Of a stretch of DNA of 64,000 nt, positions 47,482 through 56,432 are shown piece after piece. The position numbers were made by a program, and so were the translations under genes. The notes under the pieces were generated by a model. The model was given only the letters and a program-made list of their open reading frames with translations. It ran no database searches and was not told the DNA's origin. Within the stretch, counting starts at the first letter, position 1; each line of letters starts with the position of its first letter. The stretch lies in IMG/VR virus record IMGVR_UViG_3300025133_009608, positions 62,001-126,000 of that record. The stretch is one strand, 5' to 3'.

Positions 47482-50400
47482 CTATCGGAGACGTCTGGCG
47501 AGATTAGTCTCTCCCAAGCCGTTTAATATGGCCGCGATGATACATGTGTTTGCTATCTTACCAAGAGTCTCTGTCCGGTCCGGGATGGGCGAATATTCGC
47601 CATTAGTTGTGGAAAAAAAATAGACCCCAAACCTTCCAAGGAGATAGTTTCCAAGCAGATCCCTGGCCGCTTGGACATATTCTGTAGGCTCGGGCGAGTT
47701 GTCTAATAAAACCTTTTTTAATCCTCCCCCGTCATTCCGAAACGCTCTTCCAGATAGATCGACGGAAGTGTTCGGGCTACTTATAGAATAAATATCACCG
47801 GGACCATTTCCTGTTTGATTGGAAATTAGATTACTGATGGTCCTGGTAGTAATCAACTCATTTACTTTGGCCTGAATTTCGGCCCCTTGATTCTGGCTAG
47901 CACGCGCAGCCGCTTGCTGCTGAGTCGGGGCGTTCGTGGGGGTTCTGCCGCTGAGTCCTGAAATGGATGTGCCAGCACCATTAGCAGCAGCAGCAGTATC
48001 CATATCCATAATCATTTTCTTTATATCGTTTTTAATTGCAGTATTCTCCATCCAAAGATCGACGAACCTTACGGTGCCTCCCGCGCTTCTCTTATATCTT
48101 CCAAATACATACATTCCATAAGGTTCTTCTCCATGCTTACTCCATAGGGAATCAAGATGGGAGCTGAGATTCGCGCTTCCAATTGCGTCCTTTGCCGACT
48201 CCCAAGCGTTATTTAATGCCGAATAACTGGGCAAGTTATCCGGCCACTCTTGGTCGCGGCTCCCAAAGAAGTTTCTAATAATATCGTCAGTTACACTCGC
48301 TTCCCTTTGGGTGTTCTCGACGGATGCATAAGGATCAAGTCGCACCCCACTAGCCTGCTGTGATTCGCTCATTTGATCAATGGTACTTTTCAGGCGAGAA
48401 AGAGCTGCTTCCGGACCGGATGAGGATTCCCAAGACTCAGCGTAACTTGCATCATTCCTCATTCTTGTAAAAAAAGGATCATGGGAAGCTGGAACGTATC
48501 CAGGATTGTTTTTAAAAGAATCATGAGCCGCTACCCAAAAATTATACCAAGCCGTCTGTGTATTTGAACCCCAATCATCGTCGATATTACCGGTGTAGTA
48601 TCGACCGGTTTGTAGTTCTGTTTGTATCTTTCCAATATTGCCGTTTGCGGCGGTTTGCCGTGGCTGCGGCGAATAATTAGGAAAGGGATTTACATTTCCG
48701 TTTGCTGAGGCGCCACCTGAGCCGCCTCTGGGGCCACCTCCTCTGGAGGCTCCAGCGGGTGGGGATTGACCGATGGGTTGCGCCGTCTTATCTAATGAAT
48801 CCTTTTTTTTTGATCTGCTCGATATTGCCCTTAGGGCCACATGATCATCTGCAAACGACTCCAGCATCCATGTAGCAGCGGACCCTGCTTTTGATAGCCA
48901 CCTTCCATTCATCTTAATCCAGAGTTTTCCTTCGTCGCTGGCATCGTCAATCGGCCCCGTTTGATCAGCATCAATATCGTCCTTCCAGGTATAATCTCTC
49001 AAAGGAATAACTATGCCCCTGCTTTGACGAGCTTGGGCTATGGTGTTGAGCGAGCGGAAAAAAAGCACTCTAGTATTTTCCGAATCAAATACGTGGTGGG
49101 CTCCACTATCATAGACTATGTGCGACACCATTTCTGGGTTTAGAATAAAGGGAGATTCGTCAAGATTTCCTTCGACTATTTCAAAATTGGTATCGCCCAC
49201 GGTTTTTGTATTATTTGCCCGGCTGGTGACTGCGACTGGAGCATAACCTCTATCATAAGCAGACTTGAGAGCTTCCAGGGTGTCCTTAGCACCTGCGTAG
49301 TAAGGAGCAGACTGACTCCCCGGATTAGTGCCGGTCCCGAATAAAAAATCGTTTAATTCAGTAACATCGTCATCCGAGCCCCCATGAGCAAGGTCTTGTG
49401 TTTGTTGCTCGAAGCTCTGTCTAAATAATGGAAAGGTGGATAAACTGCCGCGATTGTAGGCTCTTTTTATGCTCCTTATTATTACATCAAAAGTTGTTGC
49501 GTCCGTACTCTGAAATAGGTTGTCGTCGTCCTCTTTGATTGCAAGTCTCGCCGCGTCAAGAAAGCTGCCCATGGCACTGAAAATAGGATCACCTGTTGCC
49601 ATCTTTCTAATCATATTTGATCGAAGTAATGAAAGTCTCTCCAGCCGAGCATTATGGATATCATAAGCATGGCGCAACCCTTCGGCCGCAGCACGCGCAT
49701 CGTTGTAGAAAGGAGCAGATTGACGCCCCGGATTATTGCCGGTCCTGAATAAAAAATCGTTTAATTCAGTAACATCGTCATCCGAGCCCCCTTGAGCAAG
49801 GCCTTGTGTTTGTTGCTCGAAGCTCTGTTTAAATAATGGAAAGGTGGATAAATTGCCGCGATTGTACCGATCTAATAATACACGCTCAATTGATTCAAAG
49901 GCCGTGAAGTCACGGCCCTGAAATAGGTTGTCGTCGTCCTCGTTAATTGCTCTTTTTGTTGCCGCCAAAAAAGCCCGCATGGCAGGCCGAATAGTGTCAG
50001 GAGTATTCTTCTCCGGTTTGGCGGCCAAGTCATCAGGGGTATTCTGCGGAGCCTGCACAGGACCATGGAGGTCGCCCGTATAGGCCATCTTTCTAATCAT
50101 ATTTGATTGAGCGGCATACCCGGAGTTATTTAAAGCCAAAGCTAATTTCTTTAATTCATTATTCATTTTACTTTCCCTTGATGTAACAACCCTTGATTCA
50201 TCGCCGAAGCCCAGCCACGAAAAGAAGTCTTTCTCAGATTTATCTTTATTATTAGTAGGATTTCCAAGAACATTATACTCGGAAGTTCCGGAATCTTTTC
50301 TTTGAATATTAACGGGAGGTTGATCCTCCGGCAAATCCATTGGCGATGACTTTCCGAAGCCCGAAGAATCCGAAGCCTCTTGATCGCCATCTCCATAATT

Positions 50401-50640
50401 TATAACTTGCTTTTCAATTGCGCCGGGAACAGATCCAATCGGCATACTGGTAAGTCCTATTGCCTCTTTTACGTTTCTGGCCTTAATTCTTTCTGTCAAA
50501 GTTTTGCCCGATTGCTCCGCATCGAATTCGTGCTCGTCGGGATCTGACATGGGATAATTAACCTCTTCATTTCTTCTATTTAATGTTGGCATGTTTTCGG
50601 AGATTGGTGCCAAGTCCAATATAGAAATTTCTTTATCCAT
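47482..50640 (-). CDS. 1052-aa mosaic protein with an internal duplicated domain and a peptidoglycan-binding-like motif; possibly virion-associated
   Basis: Two copies of DDDNLFQ...YNRG.LSTFPLF.QSFEQQTQ.LA.GGSDDDVTELNDFLF; IQTELQTGRYYTGNIDDDWGSNTQTAW resembles PG_binding_1; ELKKLALALNNSG and SNMIRKMA motifs. Confidence 0.65.
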   Translation of the reverse strand: MDKEISILDLAPISENMPTLNRRNEEVNYPMSDPDEHEFDAEQSGKTLTERIKARNVKEAIGLTSMPIGSVPGAIEKQVINYGDGDQEASDSSGFGKSSPMDLPEDQPPVNIQRKDSGTSEYNVLGNPTNNKDKSEKDFFSWLGFGDESRVVTSRESKMNNELKKLALALNNSGYAAQSNMIRKMAYTGDLHGPVQAPQNTPDDLAAKPEKNTPDTIRPAMRAFLAATKRAINEDDDNLFQGRDFTAFESIERVLLDRYNRGNLSTFPLFKQSFEQQTQGLAQGGSDDDVTELNDFLFRTGNNPGRQSAPFYNDARAAAEGLRHAYDIHNARLERLSLLRSNMIRKMATGDPIFSAMGSFLDAARLAIKEDDDNLFQSTDATTFDVIIRSIKRAYNRGSLSTFPLFRQSFEQQTQDLAHGGSDDDVTELNDFLFGTGTNPGSQSAPYYAGAKDTLEALKSAYDRGYAPVAVTSRANNTKTVGDTNFEIVEGNLDESPFILNPEMVSHIVYDSGAHHVFDSENTRVLFFRSLNTIAQARQSRGIVIPLRDYTWKDDIDADQTGPIDDASDEGKLWIKMNGRWLSKAGSAATWMLESFADDHVALRAISSRSKKKDSLDKTAQPIGQSPPAGASRGGGPRGGSGGASANGNVNPFPNYSPQPRQTAANGNIGKIQTELQTGRYYTGNIDDDWGSNTQTAWYNFWVAAHDSFKNNPGYVPASHDPFFTRMRNDASYAESWESSSGPEAALSRLKSTIDQMSESQQASGVRLDPYASVENTQREASVTDDIIRNFFGSRDQEWPDNLPSYSALNNAWESAKDAIGSANLSSHLDSLWSKHGEEPYGMYVFGRYKRSAGGTVRFVDLWMENTAIKNDIKKMIMDMDTAAAANGAGTSISGLSGRTPTNAPTQQQAAARASQNQGAEIQAKVNELITTRTISNLISNQTGNGPGDIYSISSPNTSVDLSGRAFRNDGGGLKKVLLDNSPEPTEYVQAARDLLGNYLLGRFGVYFFSTTNGEYSPIPDRTETLGKIANTCIIAAILNGLGETNLARRLR
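49300..49990. repeat. Intragenic duplication with 408-bp period, plus a 23-bp exact repeat
   Basis: AATAAAAAATCGTTTAATTCAGTAACATCGTCATCCGAGCCCCC at 49340 and 49748; GCCATCTTTCTAATCATATTTGA at 49598 and 50084. Confidence 0.85.
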
Positions 50641-50643
50641 ATT

Positions 50644-51450
50644 TTAATCGTCGTAAACTTCTTCTTCTAAATCTTCTGCCGGAACTTCTTCCGGGGCTTC
50701 CGCTTCTTGTCTTTCCGCTTCTTCTCGGGCGAGTATTAATGATTCTTCGAGAGACTTCTTTCCGTCAATTAAAAGATTGAAAGCATTTACAAAGTACATC
50801 TCATCATCGAGGCCCCAAGTATTCCAATCCCAAAGATCTTCTCCGGAATATTGTTCCACCCAGTTTTCTAATTGTGATTCTGTTACCTTTTGCCCATTCT
50901 CGAATAAAACATCGAACTCTCCGAAGAATTGATCGACATTTCGATCTTGCTTTCCGCCCACGTTATTATCTGTGGTTGTCTCTGGGAAGCTTCCCCTTCC
51001 GTTAATTAGATCAAAGTCTCTAAAATAATCTTTCCATTTCTGATAAAGCGTTTCGATGGAATCGTCTTTTGTTCCTCCGAGTCTATCAATTAAGCCCGTT
51101 GAGTTTCCCCACCAATCAACGAACGGATAAGCCACCGCGCCTATGGTGGCGGCGATTGCTACTGCGGGCCAAGAAAAGATACCGGCGATGCCCGTTCCAA
51201 TGGCTCCAATTGCAGTGCCAAAAGTAAGACCTCCCGCTCCGGCGAAGGTTCCTGCCACTGATGCTGCTGCAAGCTCCATAGCCACAGACCCCGCGACGGC
51301 CCCGCCAACTCCAACAGCAGCTGCTCCGGCAAGATCAGACGGGTCATCAACTTCATTATATAACTCTTCTACTTCGCTTGCATAAGAGCTAAGACCGCGC
51401 TCATTTAGAGCTACGGATAATACCTTTAATTTATCAGAAACGCTTTGCAC
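50644..51450 (-). CDS. Hypothetical protein with long Gly/Ala hydrophobic (glycine-zipper-like) segment
   Basis: LAGAAAVGVGGAVAGSVAMELAAASVAGTFAGAGGLTFGTAIGAIGTGIAGIFSWPAVAIAATIGAVAY; N-terminal DKLKVLSVALNERG motif. Confidence 0.65.
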   Translation of the reverse strand: MQSVSDKLKVLSVALNERGLSSYASEVEELYNEVDDPSDLAGAAAVGVGGAVAGSVAMELAAASVAGTFAGAGGLTFGTAIGAIGTGIAGIFSWPAVAIAATIGAVAYPFVDWWGNSTGLIDRLGGTKDDSIETLYQKWKDYFRDFDLINGRGSFPETTTDNNVGGKQDRNVDQFFGEFDVLFENGQKVTESQLENWVEQYSGEDLWDWNTWGLDDEMYFVNAFNLLIDGKKSLEESLILAREEAERQEAEAPEEVPAEDLEEEVYDD

Positions 51451-51451
51451 C

Positions 51452-51814
51452 TCAACTCCCGTAAAAAGAACTCTCGCTTACAAACAATGCGGAGAGATCC
51501 AAAGATGACGACGCCTCTTTCTTGATGGCGGGCTTATCTGCGGCAAAGCTAGACTCGAAAAGCTCTTCCTCTCTTGAGTCTTCATCAGCGCTTTCATTAA
51601 GCGCAAATATAGGCTCTTCCATCATATTCTCTTCGGTGGTTGTGGCTGACGGTTCTTCTATGGTTAGCGGATCTTCCGGAAGTTGTTCCATAATATCGTT
51701 AAAGTCATCGCCCCAATCTGCGGTCTTATTTAGTACCGCGTCTAACTTGTCGGCCAAATCTTTATGGCCAAGCTGATCAAGGTGATTAGCGAGCTTTATT
51801 AATTCTTCCAACAT
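51452..51814 (-). CDS. Acidic hypothetical protein with KLANHLD motif
   Basis: MLEELIKLANHLDQLGHKDLADKLDAVLNKTAD. Confidence 0.7.
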   Translation of the reverse strand: MLEELIKLANHLDQLGHKDLADKLDAVLNKTADWGDDFNDIMEQLPEDPLTIEEPSATTTEENMMEEPIFALNESADEDSREEELFESSFAADKPAIKKEASSSLDLSALFVSESSFYGS

Positions 51815-51815
51815 T

Positions 51816-52775
51816 TTAACGGCTCACTTTTCCAACGGGATTTACAGAGAATATTCCATCTAACTTGCTCGATGCAGTTACGGCGTTATCATCGGCAAGG
51901 CTCCTTTGGGAGCCTGATGCTTGCTGACCTCCGCCCTCAGTGTAGTTAAATACGGTTGGCTCATCAAGGGTCACGGTTCCACTGGGGTAAGCTCCCGAAG
52001 CAACTCCTGCCATTTGATCGACATATTCGAATTGCTCACTTGTCGGCAATGCAGCCCAGTCTTCGTCCGAATATCCATACTCTTTCTTCGCGGCAGCTGC
52101 CTCTTCATCCGTGATGATAAACTGGGCTGTCTTATTTATTTTCACAACAATAGAGTCCAGCTTATCCGCCAAGTCTCTGTGTCCGATTTTGTCCAAGTGA
52201 TTGGCTAACTTTACTAGATCTTTTTGCATTTTAAATTCTCCCTTTAAATCAAAGCATTTTGCTATATTAGAATAACTATTAGTAGTAGAAGCAAATTTGC
52301 CTCTCCATTTGTTTATAAAAGTGCTTGAGGCATTTCCACCGGCACTATCCGCAGAGCTCTCAGAACTAAACTCATCTGTTATATTACCAGAAGAATCCTC
52401 TGTACTTTTAAATCCACTAAGATGATCTTGCTCATGATGGAGGACTTCAAGTACCGCGCCCATAATGTTCATAACATTAAAAGCCTTTTGAGAATCAATA
52501 TTTGGAAATGCCATAATATCAGCAGTAGTTACGCCGTCCAAGTGTTGTCGAAGATCTATATCCATTTTGGGATATACAATATTTATTCTATCCGGAATTC
52601 CATCCTGATTTTTATCCTCGTTAGAAACGTAGGCTCTAGCCTCTCCGCTCTGAAGTCCCTTCATGATGTTTGCCAAGGGAACTACATTATTAATTTCGCC
52701 AAGCGTTTGAAGCTTATTATAGACCGTTGGCATGATCTGTTCGAGGCTTCCTACTTGTGATTCTTTTATAATCAT
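51816..52775 (-). CDS. Hypothetical protein with HExxH and KLANHLD motifs
   Basis: EVLHHEQDHL; MQKDLVKLANHLDKIGHRDLADKLDSIVVKINKTAQ. Confidence 0.7.
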   Translation of the reverse strand: MIIKESQVGSLEQIMPTVYNKLQTLGEINNVVPLANIMKGLQSGEARAYVSNEDKNQDGIPDRINIVYPKMDIDLRQHLDGVTTADIMAFPNIDSQKAFNVMNIMGAVLEVLHHEQDHLSGFKSTEDSSGNITDEFSSESSADSAGGNASSTFINKWRGKFASTTNSYSNIAKCFDLKGEFKMQKDLVKLANHLDKIGHRDLADKLDSIVVKINKTAQFIITDEEAAAAKKEYGYSDEDWAALPTSEQFEYVDQMAGVASGAYPSGTVTLDEPTVFNYTEGGGQQASGSQRSLADDNAVTASSKLDGIFSVNPVGKVSR

Positions 52776-52777
52776 AT

Positions 52778-53254
52778 CTATCTTGTAACCGCCCTTTTTC
52801 CATCGACGTCGAACATCCTGGGCTTCTGTGGTTTATTATACCGAGTATTGACTGTAATTATATCAATACTATCCCCTCTCACCGCCGAGAAGAATACATT
52901 AAACGGACGGGATGGACTCACTACTCTTATCTCAATCCACTCTCTTTTTTTTGTAGAAGTATTTGATGAATTTGATAGAAACATATGAACAGCTCCAGAT
53001 GCAGAAGACGCAAAGTCCTGAGCAATCATTTCATTTAATTCTCTATTCGATAGAGTTTCCCAGTCCTCTCGGGAAACCCCTTGAGATCTCCTTCCTTCAT
53101 CACTCTTGCACGGCTTTCCGCCATAAAACAAACGATAACGGCACCTAACTGTTGTAGATATATTAATCTCCAGCCCAGTTCTTGGATCCGTTAGCCCTCC
53201 GGACTCCATTCCGGCTTCTTTTTTTATTACACCCTGACTCATTAAAGCATCCAA
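52778..53254 (-). CDS. Hypothetical protein
   Basis: 158-aa ORF beginning VIKKEAG; C-terminal beta-rich WIEIRVV...FFSAV..DSIDIITV. Confidence 0.5.
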   Translation of the reverse strand: MDALMSQGVIKKEAGMESGGLTDPRTGLEINISTTVRCRYRLFYGGKPCKSDEGRRSQGVSREDWETLSNRELNEMIAQDFASSASGAVHMFLSNSSNTSTKKREWIEIRVVSPSRPFNVFFSAVRGDSIDIITVNTRYNKPQKPRMFDVDGKRAVTR

Positions 53255-53291
53255 AATTAATTCATTTCACAATTCAGCGATGAATATTAGC

Positions 53292-53325
53292 AGAAAACCC
53301 CGACAGACATGAGCCTATCGGGGTT
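53292..53325 (-). terminator. Rho-independent terminator
   Basis: Minus-strand 11-bp stem AACCCCGAUAG / CUGUCGGGGUU (one G-U pair) ending in a U run. Confidence 0.7.
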
Positions 53326-53343
53326 GCTTAAAATTGCTTAACT

Positions 53344-53655
53344 TTATTCTTCATCTAGATCAACATGGAGTGCCAAAAACTTATACAAAGAGTCAGAATC
53401 TGTAACCTTCAAGTCCTTTGGAACCTTTTTATATCCCAAGATCATCATTTTTACATCTTGCTCTTCGTAGTCCTTCTCAATGCTGCCTCGTTTTACCGCC
53501 ATTATAGAGCCATCGAAGCTAAGCTTTAAGTTCTCCATTACTGATTCATCCAAGATTTCTTCCTTAAACATATTTTTATGCAAAGGGGTTACTAACCAAG
53601 CGTATTCACTCATCGTCCGGTCCTCCATCTTCGTGCTCTTCCATTCTTCTCTCAA
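53344..53655 (-). CDS. Hypothetical protein (likely start MSEYAW)
   Basis: Co-oriented ORF; the internal ATG overlaps the stop of the 53606 gene. Confidence 0.5.
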   Translation of the reverse strand: MREEWKSTKMEDRTMSEYAWLVTPLHKNMFKEEILDESVMENLKLSFDGSIMAVKRGSIEKDYEEQDVKMMILGYKKVPKDLKVTDSDSLYKFLALHVDLDEE

Positions 53656-54466
53656 TAATTACTTTTGCAGAATAATATTCCGTTCCCATAATTGATGTCA
53701 AAAGGTGTATCGGAAGGCTCTTTGCCAATGTCGTCTGAACCCATTCATGCTTGGAGTCTGAAAACTTTAAAAGAAGATTCTCATACCTTCCTTTATACAA
53801 ATCCCTATGCTTAATAAGAGTCTCAAGTCCAGCATTTGATGCCTCTTCTGAGGCTTCGGACCGAATCTTTCTGGCCTCCTTTTCTGACAAAACCCCGGCG
53901 CTTATATAATGCCTATAAAGAAACCCGCGAACTCTATATCCAAACGAAACCTTGGTCGCCTTATCAAATAAGGCCGAGCGAACAAATAACGGAATAGTGC
54001 TCTCATCCTGCTTTGCCACCCCAGAGGCTATGCTTTCTAATATTCTAGATACATACGAAGTCCTTTCTGCTCTTTTCATTTCCTGAAAAAACAGCGGCTT
54101 CCAATCAAACTTTGGATTCAATCGGGCTGCCGACAAATAAATTGAATCGGAATTCCTAGCGATATGAGTTAGCTTTGTTTCCCCATATTCACATAATTCT
54201 TTAAAATTCGATAGATCGTCGATTATACTTGCCCAAAAAGGTGACTCGTTATATATGTCAACCCCGCCATTAACGAGGCTGGTCATTATTGCCTGTCTCG
54301 CACTTTCTGACAAGTCACTATAATACGGCTCCATTAGATGGAGATTGTTGGAGATAGTTCTCCGCGCAGCCTTGGCCACTTCAGATCTATCATAGGTATA
54401 ATGATTTGGCCGAAACAAACTATCCGTACCATACTTAATGAAAAAGTCTTTTATTTCCTTATTCAT
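53606..54466 (-). CDS. Helical-repeat (HEAT-like) family protein C
   Basis: ENLLLKFSDSKHEWVQTTLAKSLPIHLLTSIMG, similar to the 43309 gene. Confidence 0.55.
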   Translation of the reverse strand: MNKEIKDFFIKYGTDSLFRPNHYTYDRSEVAKAARRTISNNLHLMEPYYSDLSESARQAIMTSLVNGGVDIYNESPFWASIIDDLSNFKELCEYGETKLTHIARNSDSIYLSAARLNPKFDWKPLFFQEMKRAERTSYVSRILESIASGVAKQDESTIPLFVRSALFDKATKVSFGYRVRGFLYRHYISAGVLSEKEARKIRSEASEEASNAGLETLIKHRDLYKGRYENLLLKFSDSKHEWVQTTLAKSLPIHLLTSIMGTEYYSAKVIIERRMEEHEDGGPDDE

Positions 54467-54740
54467 TACAAAGACTCCCCATCAATCTTGTGAATTCTTC
54501 GAGATTCTCATTCAGAATGGAAATCTTAACCGCATCATTCAGAAGCCCCCAGAGCGGCGCGATGTCTTTGAGCGGAAGCCTGGCGAAGCGCACAACATAC
54601 TCTTTTTCATCCCCGCTATAGGAATTAGAGCAAGAGTTGATTCCCTTTGCTATTAGATAATTATATACTTGCTCTACTTCGATCTCAGGAGATTGCTCGT
54701 CCTCTCCCTCAATAAGCCTAATTGATTCTATATTGCTCAT
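54459..54740 (-). CDS. Hypothetical protein
   Basis: AAGGA RBS; first gene after conserved element copy 3. Confidence 0.55.
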   Translation of the reverse strand: MSNIESIRLIEGEDEQSPEIEVEQVYNYLIAKGINSCSNSYSGDEKEYVVRFARLPLKDIAPLWGLLNDAVKISILNENLEEFTRLMGSLCNE

Positions 54741-54774
54741 TCTATATTCCTTTTTTCGATAGGTTCACTGAGGT

Positions 54775-54803
54775 ATAATAAATCGAGATTATTTATATCA
54801 AAA
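54775..54803 (-). promoter_or_regulatory. Conserved 29-bp element, copy 3
   Basis: ATAATAAATCGAGATTATTTATATCAAAA (consensus). Confidence 0.8.
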
Positions 54804-54807
54804 CTTT

Positions 54808-56409
54808 CTATTCCTTGATATCTTCATCATAAATAGCGACTTCAGTAGTTAGAAGTGTTCCGCTGGCAGATGCGGCATGTTCCACTGCCGACCTTACAAC
54901 TTTCACCGGATCAATAACTCCGGACTTTATCATATCTGACTGAAAAGAATTCGTCAGAGCATTATATCCGCAAGTTGTATTTTTTGAGTTTATAATTTTC
55001 TGCATAAACTCATAAGGCTCTACTCCGGCATTGGTCAAGATCTGCTTAAACGGAGCACAAATTGCACGAGATACTATTCCAACTCCAACCGCCTCCTCTG
55101 CAGATAAAGAAGAATCTTTTAATAATTTTTTCAACTCCGGGACGCAATGCAACAGAGCAGCTCCCCCTCCTGGGACGATCCCCTCTTGAATCGCCGCCTG
55201 AACAGCATTTATCGAATCCTCCACTCGATCCTTTCTTTCTCTCATCTCCGCCTCTGACATTCCGCCAACCCTAAGTACCGCAACTGCCCCAGACAGCGTT
55301 GAGAGCCTATGCCGAAGAGATGCAGCCTGATGAGGGAACAGGTCAGAGCTTTCAAGCTGAGACTTTATACCTAGAATCCTAGTCTCCACATCAGCGGAGT
55401 CTCCGCCGCCATCTATTATGGTTGTCTTGTTTCTTGAAATAATTACTTTTCTTGCCGTTCCAAGATCCGAAAGCGATACGCTCCTAAGAGCATTTCCCCC
55501 CTCATTTGTCAGCATTCTCCCGCCACAAATTGTGGCAATATCACCTAACATTTCTGCTCGAATATCTCCAAAGCCAGGAGCCTTCACGGGACAGGAGTCA
55601 AGAGTTCCTCGGGCCTTATTTAAAACAAGAGTCTGCAAGGCCTCTGAGTTTACATCTTTTGCTATAATTACTACTGGCTTCGACGCTTCAGACGCGGCCT
55701 GTAATACAGACAAAAACTCCTGACTAGAAGTAAGGGCATCATCGTATGTAATAATAAATGGATTATCAAACTCAACTGTGAGCTTCTCTTGATTCGTAGA
55801 GAATGCAGGAGAAATATATCCCCTGTCGAATGATAGACCTTCAGTATAAGAGGTCGTTGTTTCTGAGCCAGCCGCCTCTTCTACGGAGATAATTCCATCA
55901 TCCCCAACCGTTGTCACTACCTCTGCGATTAGAGAGCCCAATTCGATATCATTATTCGCAGATATAATTGCAACATCTCTGACCGTATCCGTTCCAGAAA
56001 CCTCTGATGAAATATCTTTCAAAAAAGAGACGACAGTGCTTACTGCTATGTCTATTCCTCTTTTTATCAAAACTGGATTATGCCCAGCGGCAACCATCTT
56101 AGCTCCCTCGGTATAAATCGACTGAGCTAATATGGTTGCCGTTGTTGTTCCGTCACCGGCAACAGAGTTTGTTGATGAGGCAACTGATTTTATGAGCTGA
56201 GCACCCATGTTTTCTATCTTATCCGAAAGACTTATAGAACGAGCAACAGTCACCCCGTCCTTTGTAACCAAAGGGGGGCCGTAAGACCTGTCAATGGCGG
56301 CGTGCCTACCTTTTGGACCTAGAGTTACCTTGACAGCGTTTGCCAAAATATCTAATCCGATTTGCATTCCGCTTCTTGCATCAAGGCCTATCTTTACTTC
56401 TTTGCTCAT
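54808..56409 (-). CDS. groEL: Chaperonin GroEL/Cpn60-like, copy 2 (divergent)
   Basis: KVTLGPKGR, VTKDGVTVA, AGDGTTTATIL, ISANND, FDRGYISP, VKAPGFGD, EGIVPGGG, GVIDPVKV; no GGM tail. Confidence 0.93.
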   Translation of the reverse strand: MSKEVKIGLDARSGMQIGLDILANAVKVTLGPKGRHAAIDRSYGPPLVTKDGVTVARSISLSDKIENMGAQLIKSVASSTNSVAGDGTTTATILAQSIYTEGAKMVAAGHNPVLIKRGIDIAVSTVVSFLKDISSEVSGTDTVRDVAIISANNDIELGSLIAEVVTTVGDDGIISVEEAAGSETTTSYTEGLSFDRGYISPAFSTNQEKLTVEFDNPFIITYDDALTSSQEFLSVLQAASEASKPVVIIAKDVNSEALQTLVLNKARGTLDSCPVKAPGFGDIRAEMLGDIATICGGRMLTNEGGNALRSVSLSDLGTARKVIISRNKTTIIDGGGDSADVETRILGIKSQLESSDLFPHQAASLRHRLSTLSGAVAVLRVGGMSEAEMRERKDRVEDSINAVQAAIQEGIVPGGGAALLHCVPELKKLLKDSSLSAEEAVGVGIVSRAICAPFKQILTNAGVEPYEFMQKIINSKNTTCGYNALTNSFQSDMIKSGVIDPVKVVRSAVEHAASASGTLLTTEVAIYDEDIKE

Positions 56410-56432
56410 TCTATTAGATCTCCTTTTAGTTT

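Noticed and set aside
47435-47623. 62-aa minus-strand ORF spanning element copy 2
   Set aside because: Overlaps the end of the 1052-aa gene out of frame and the regulatory element; no RBS.
52778-53254. RelE/BrnT-like ribonuclease toxin
   Set aside because: Only a vague beta-strand pattern; no catalytic residues or antitoxin could be identified.
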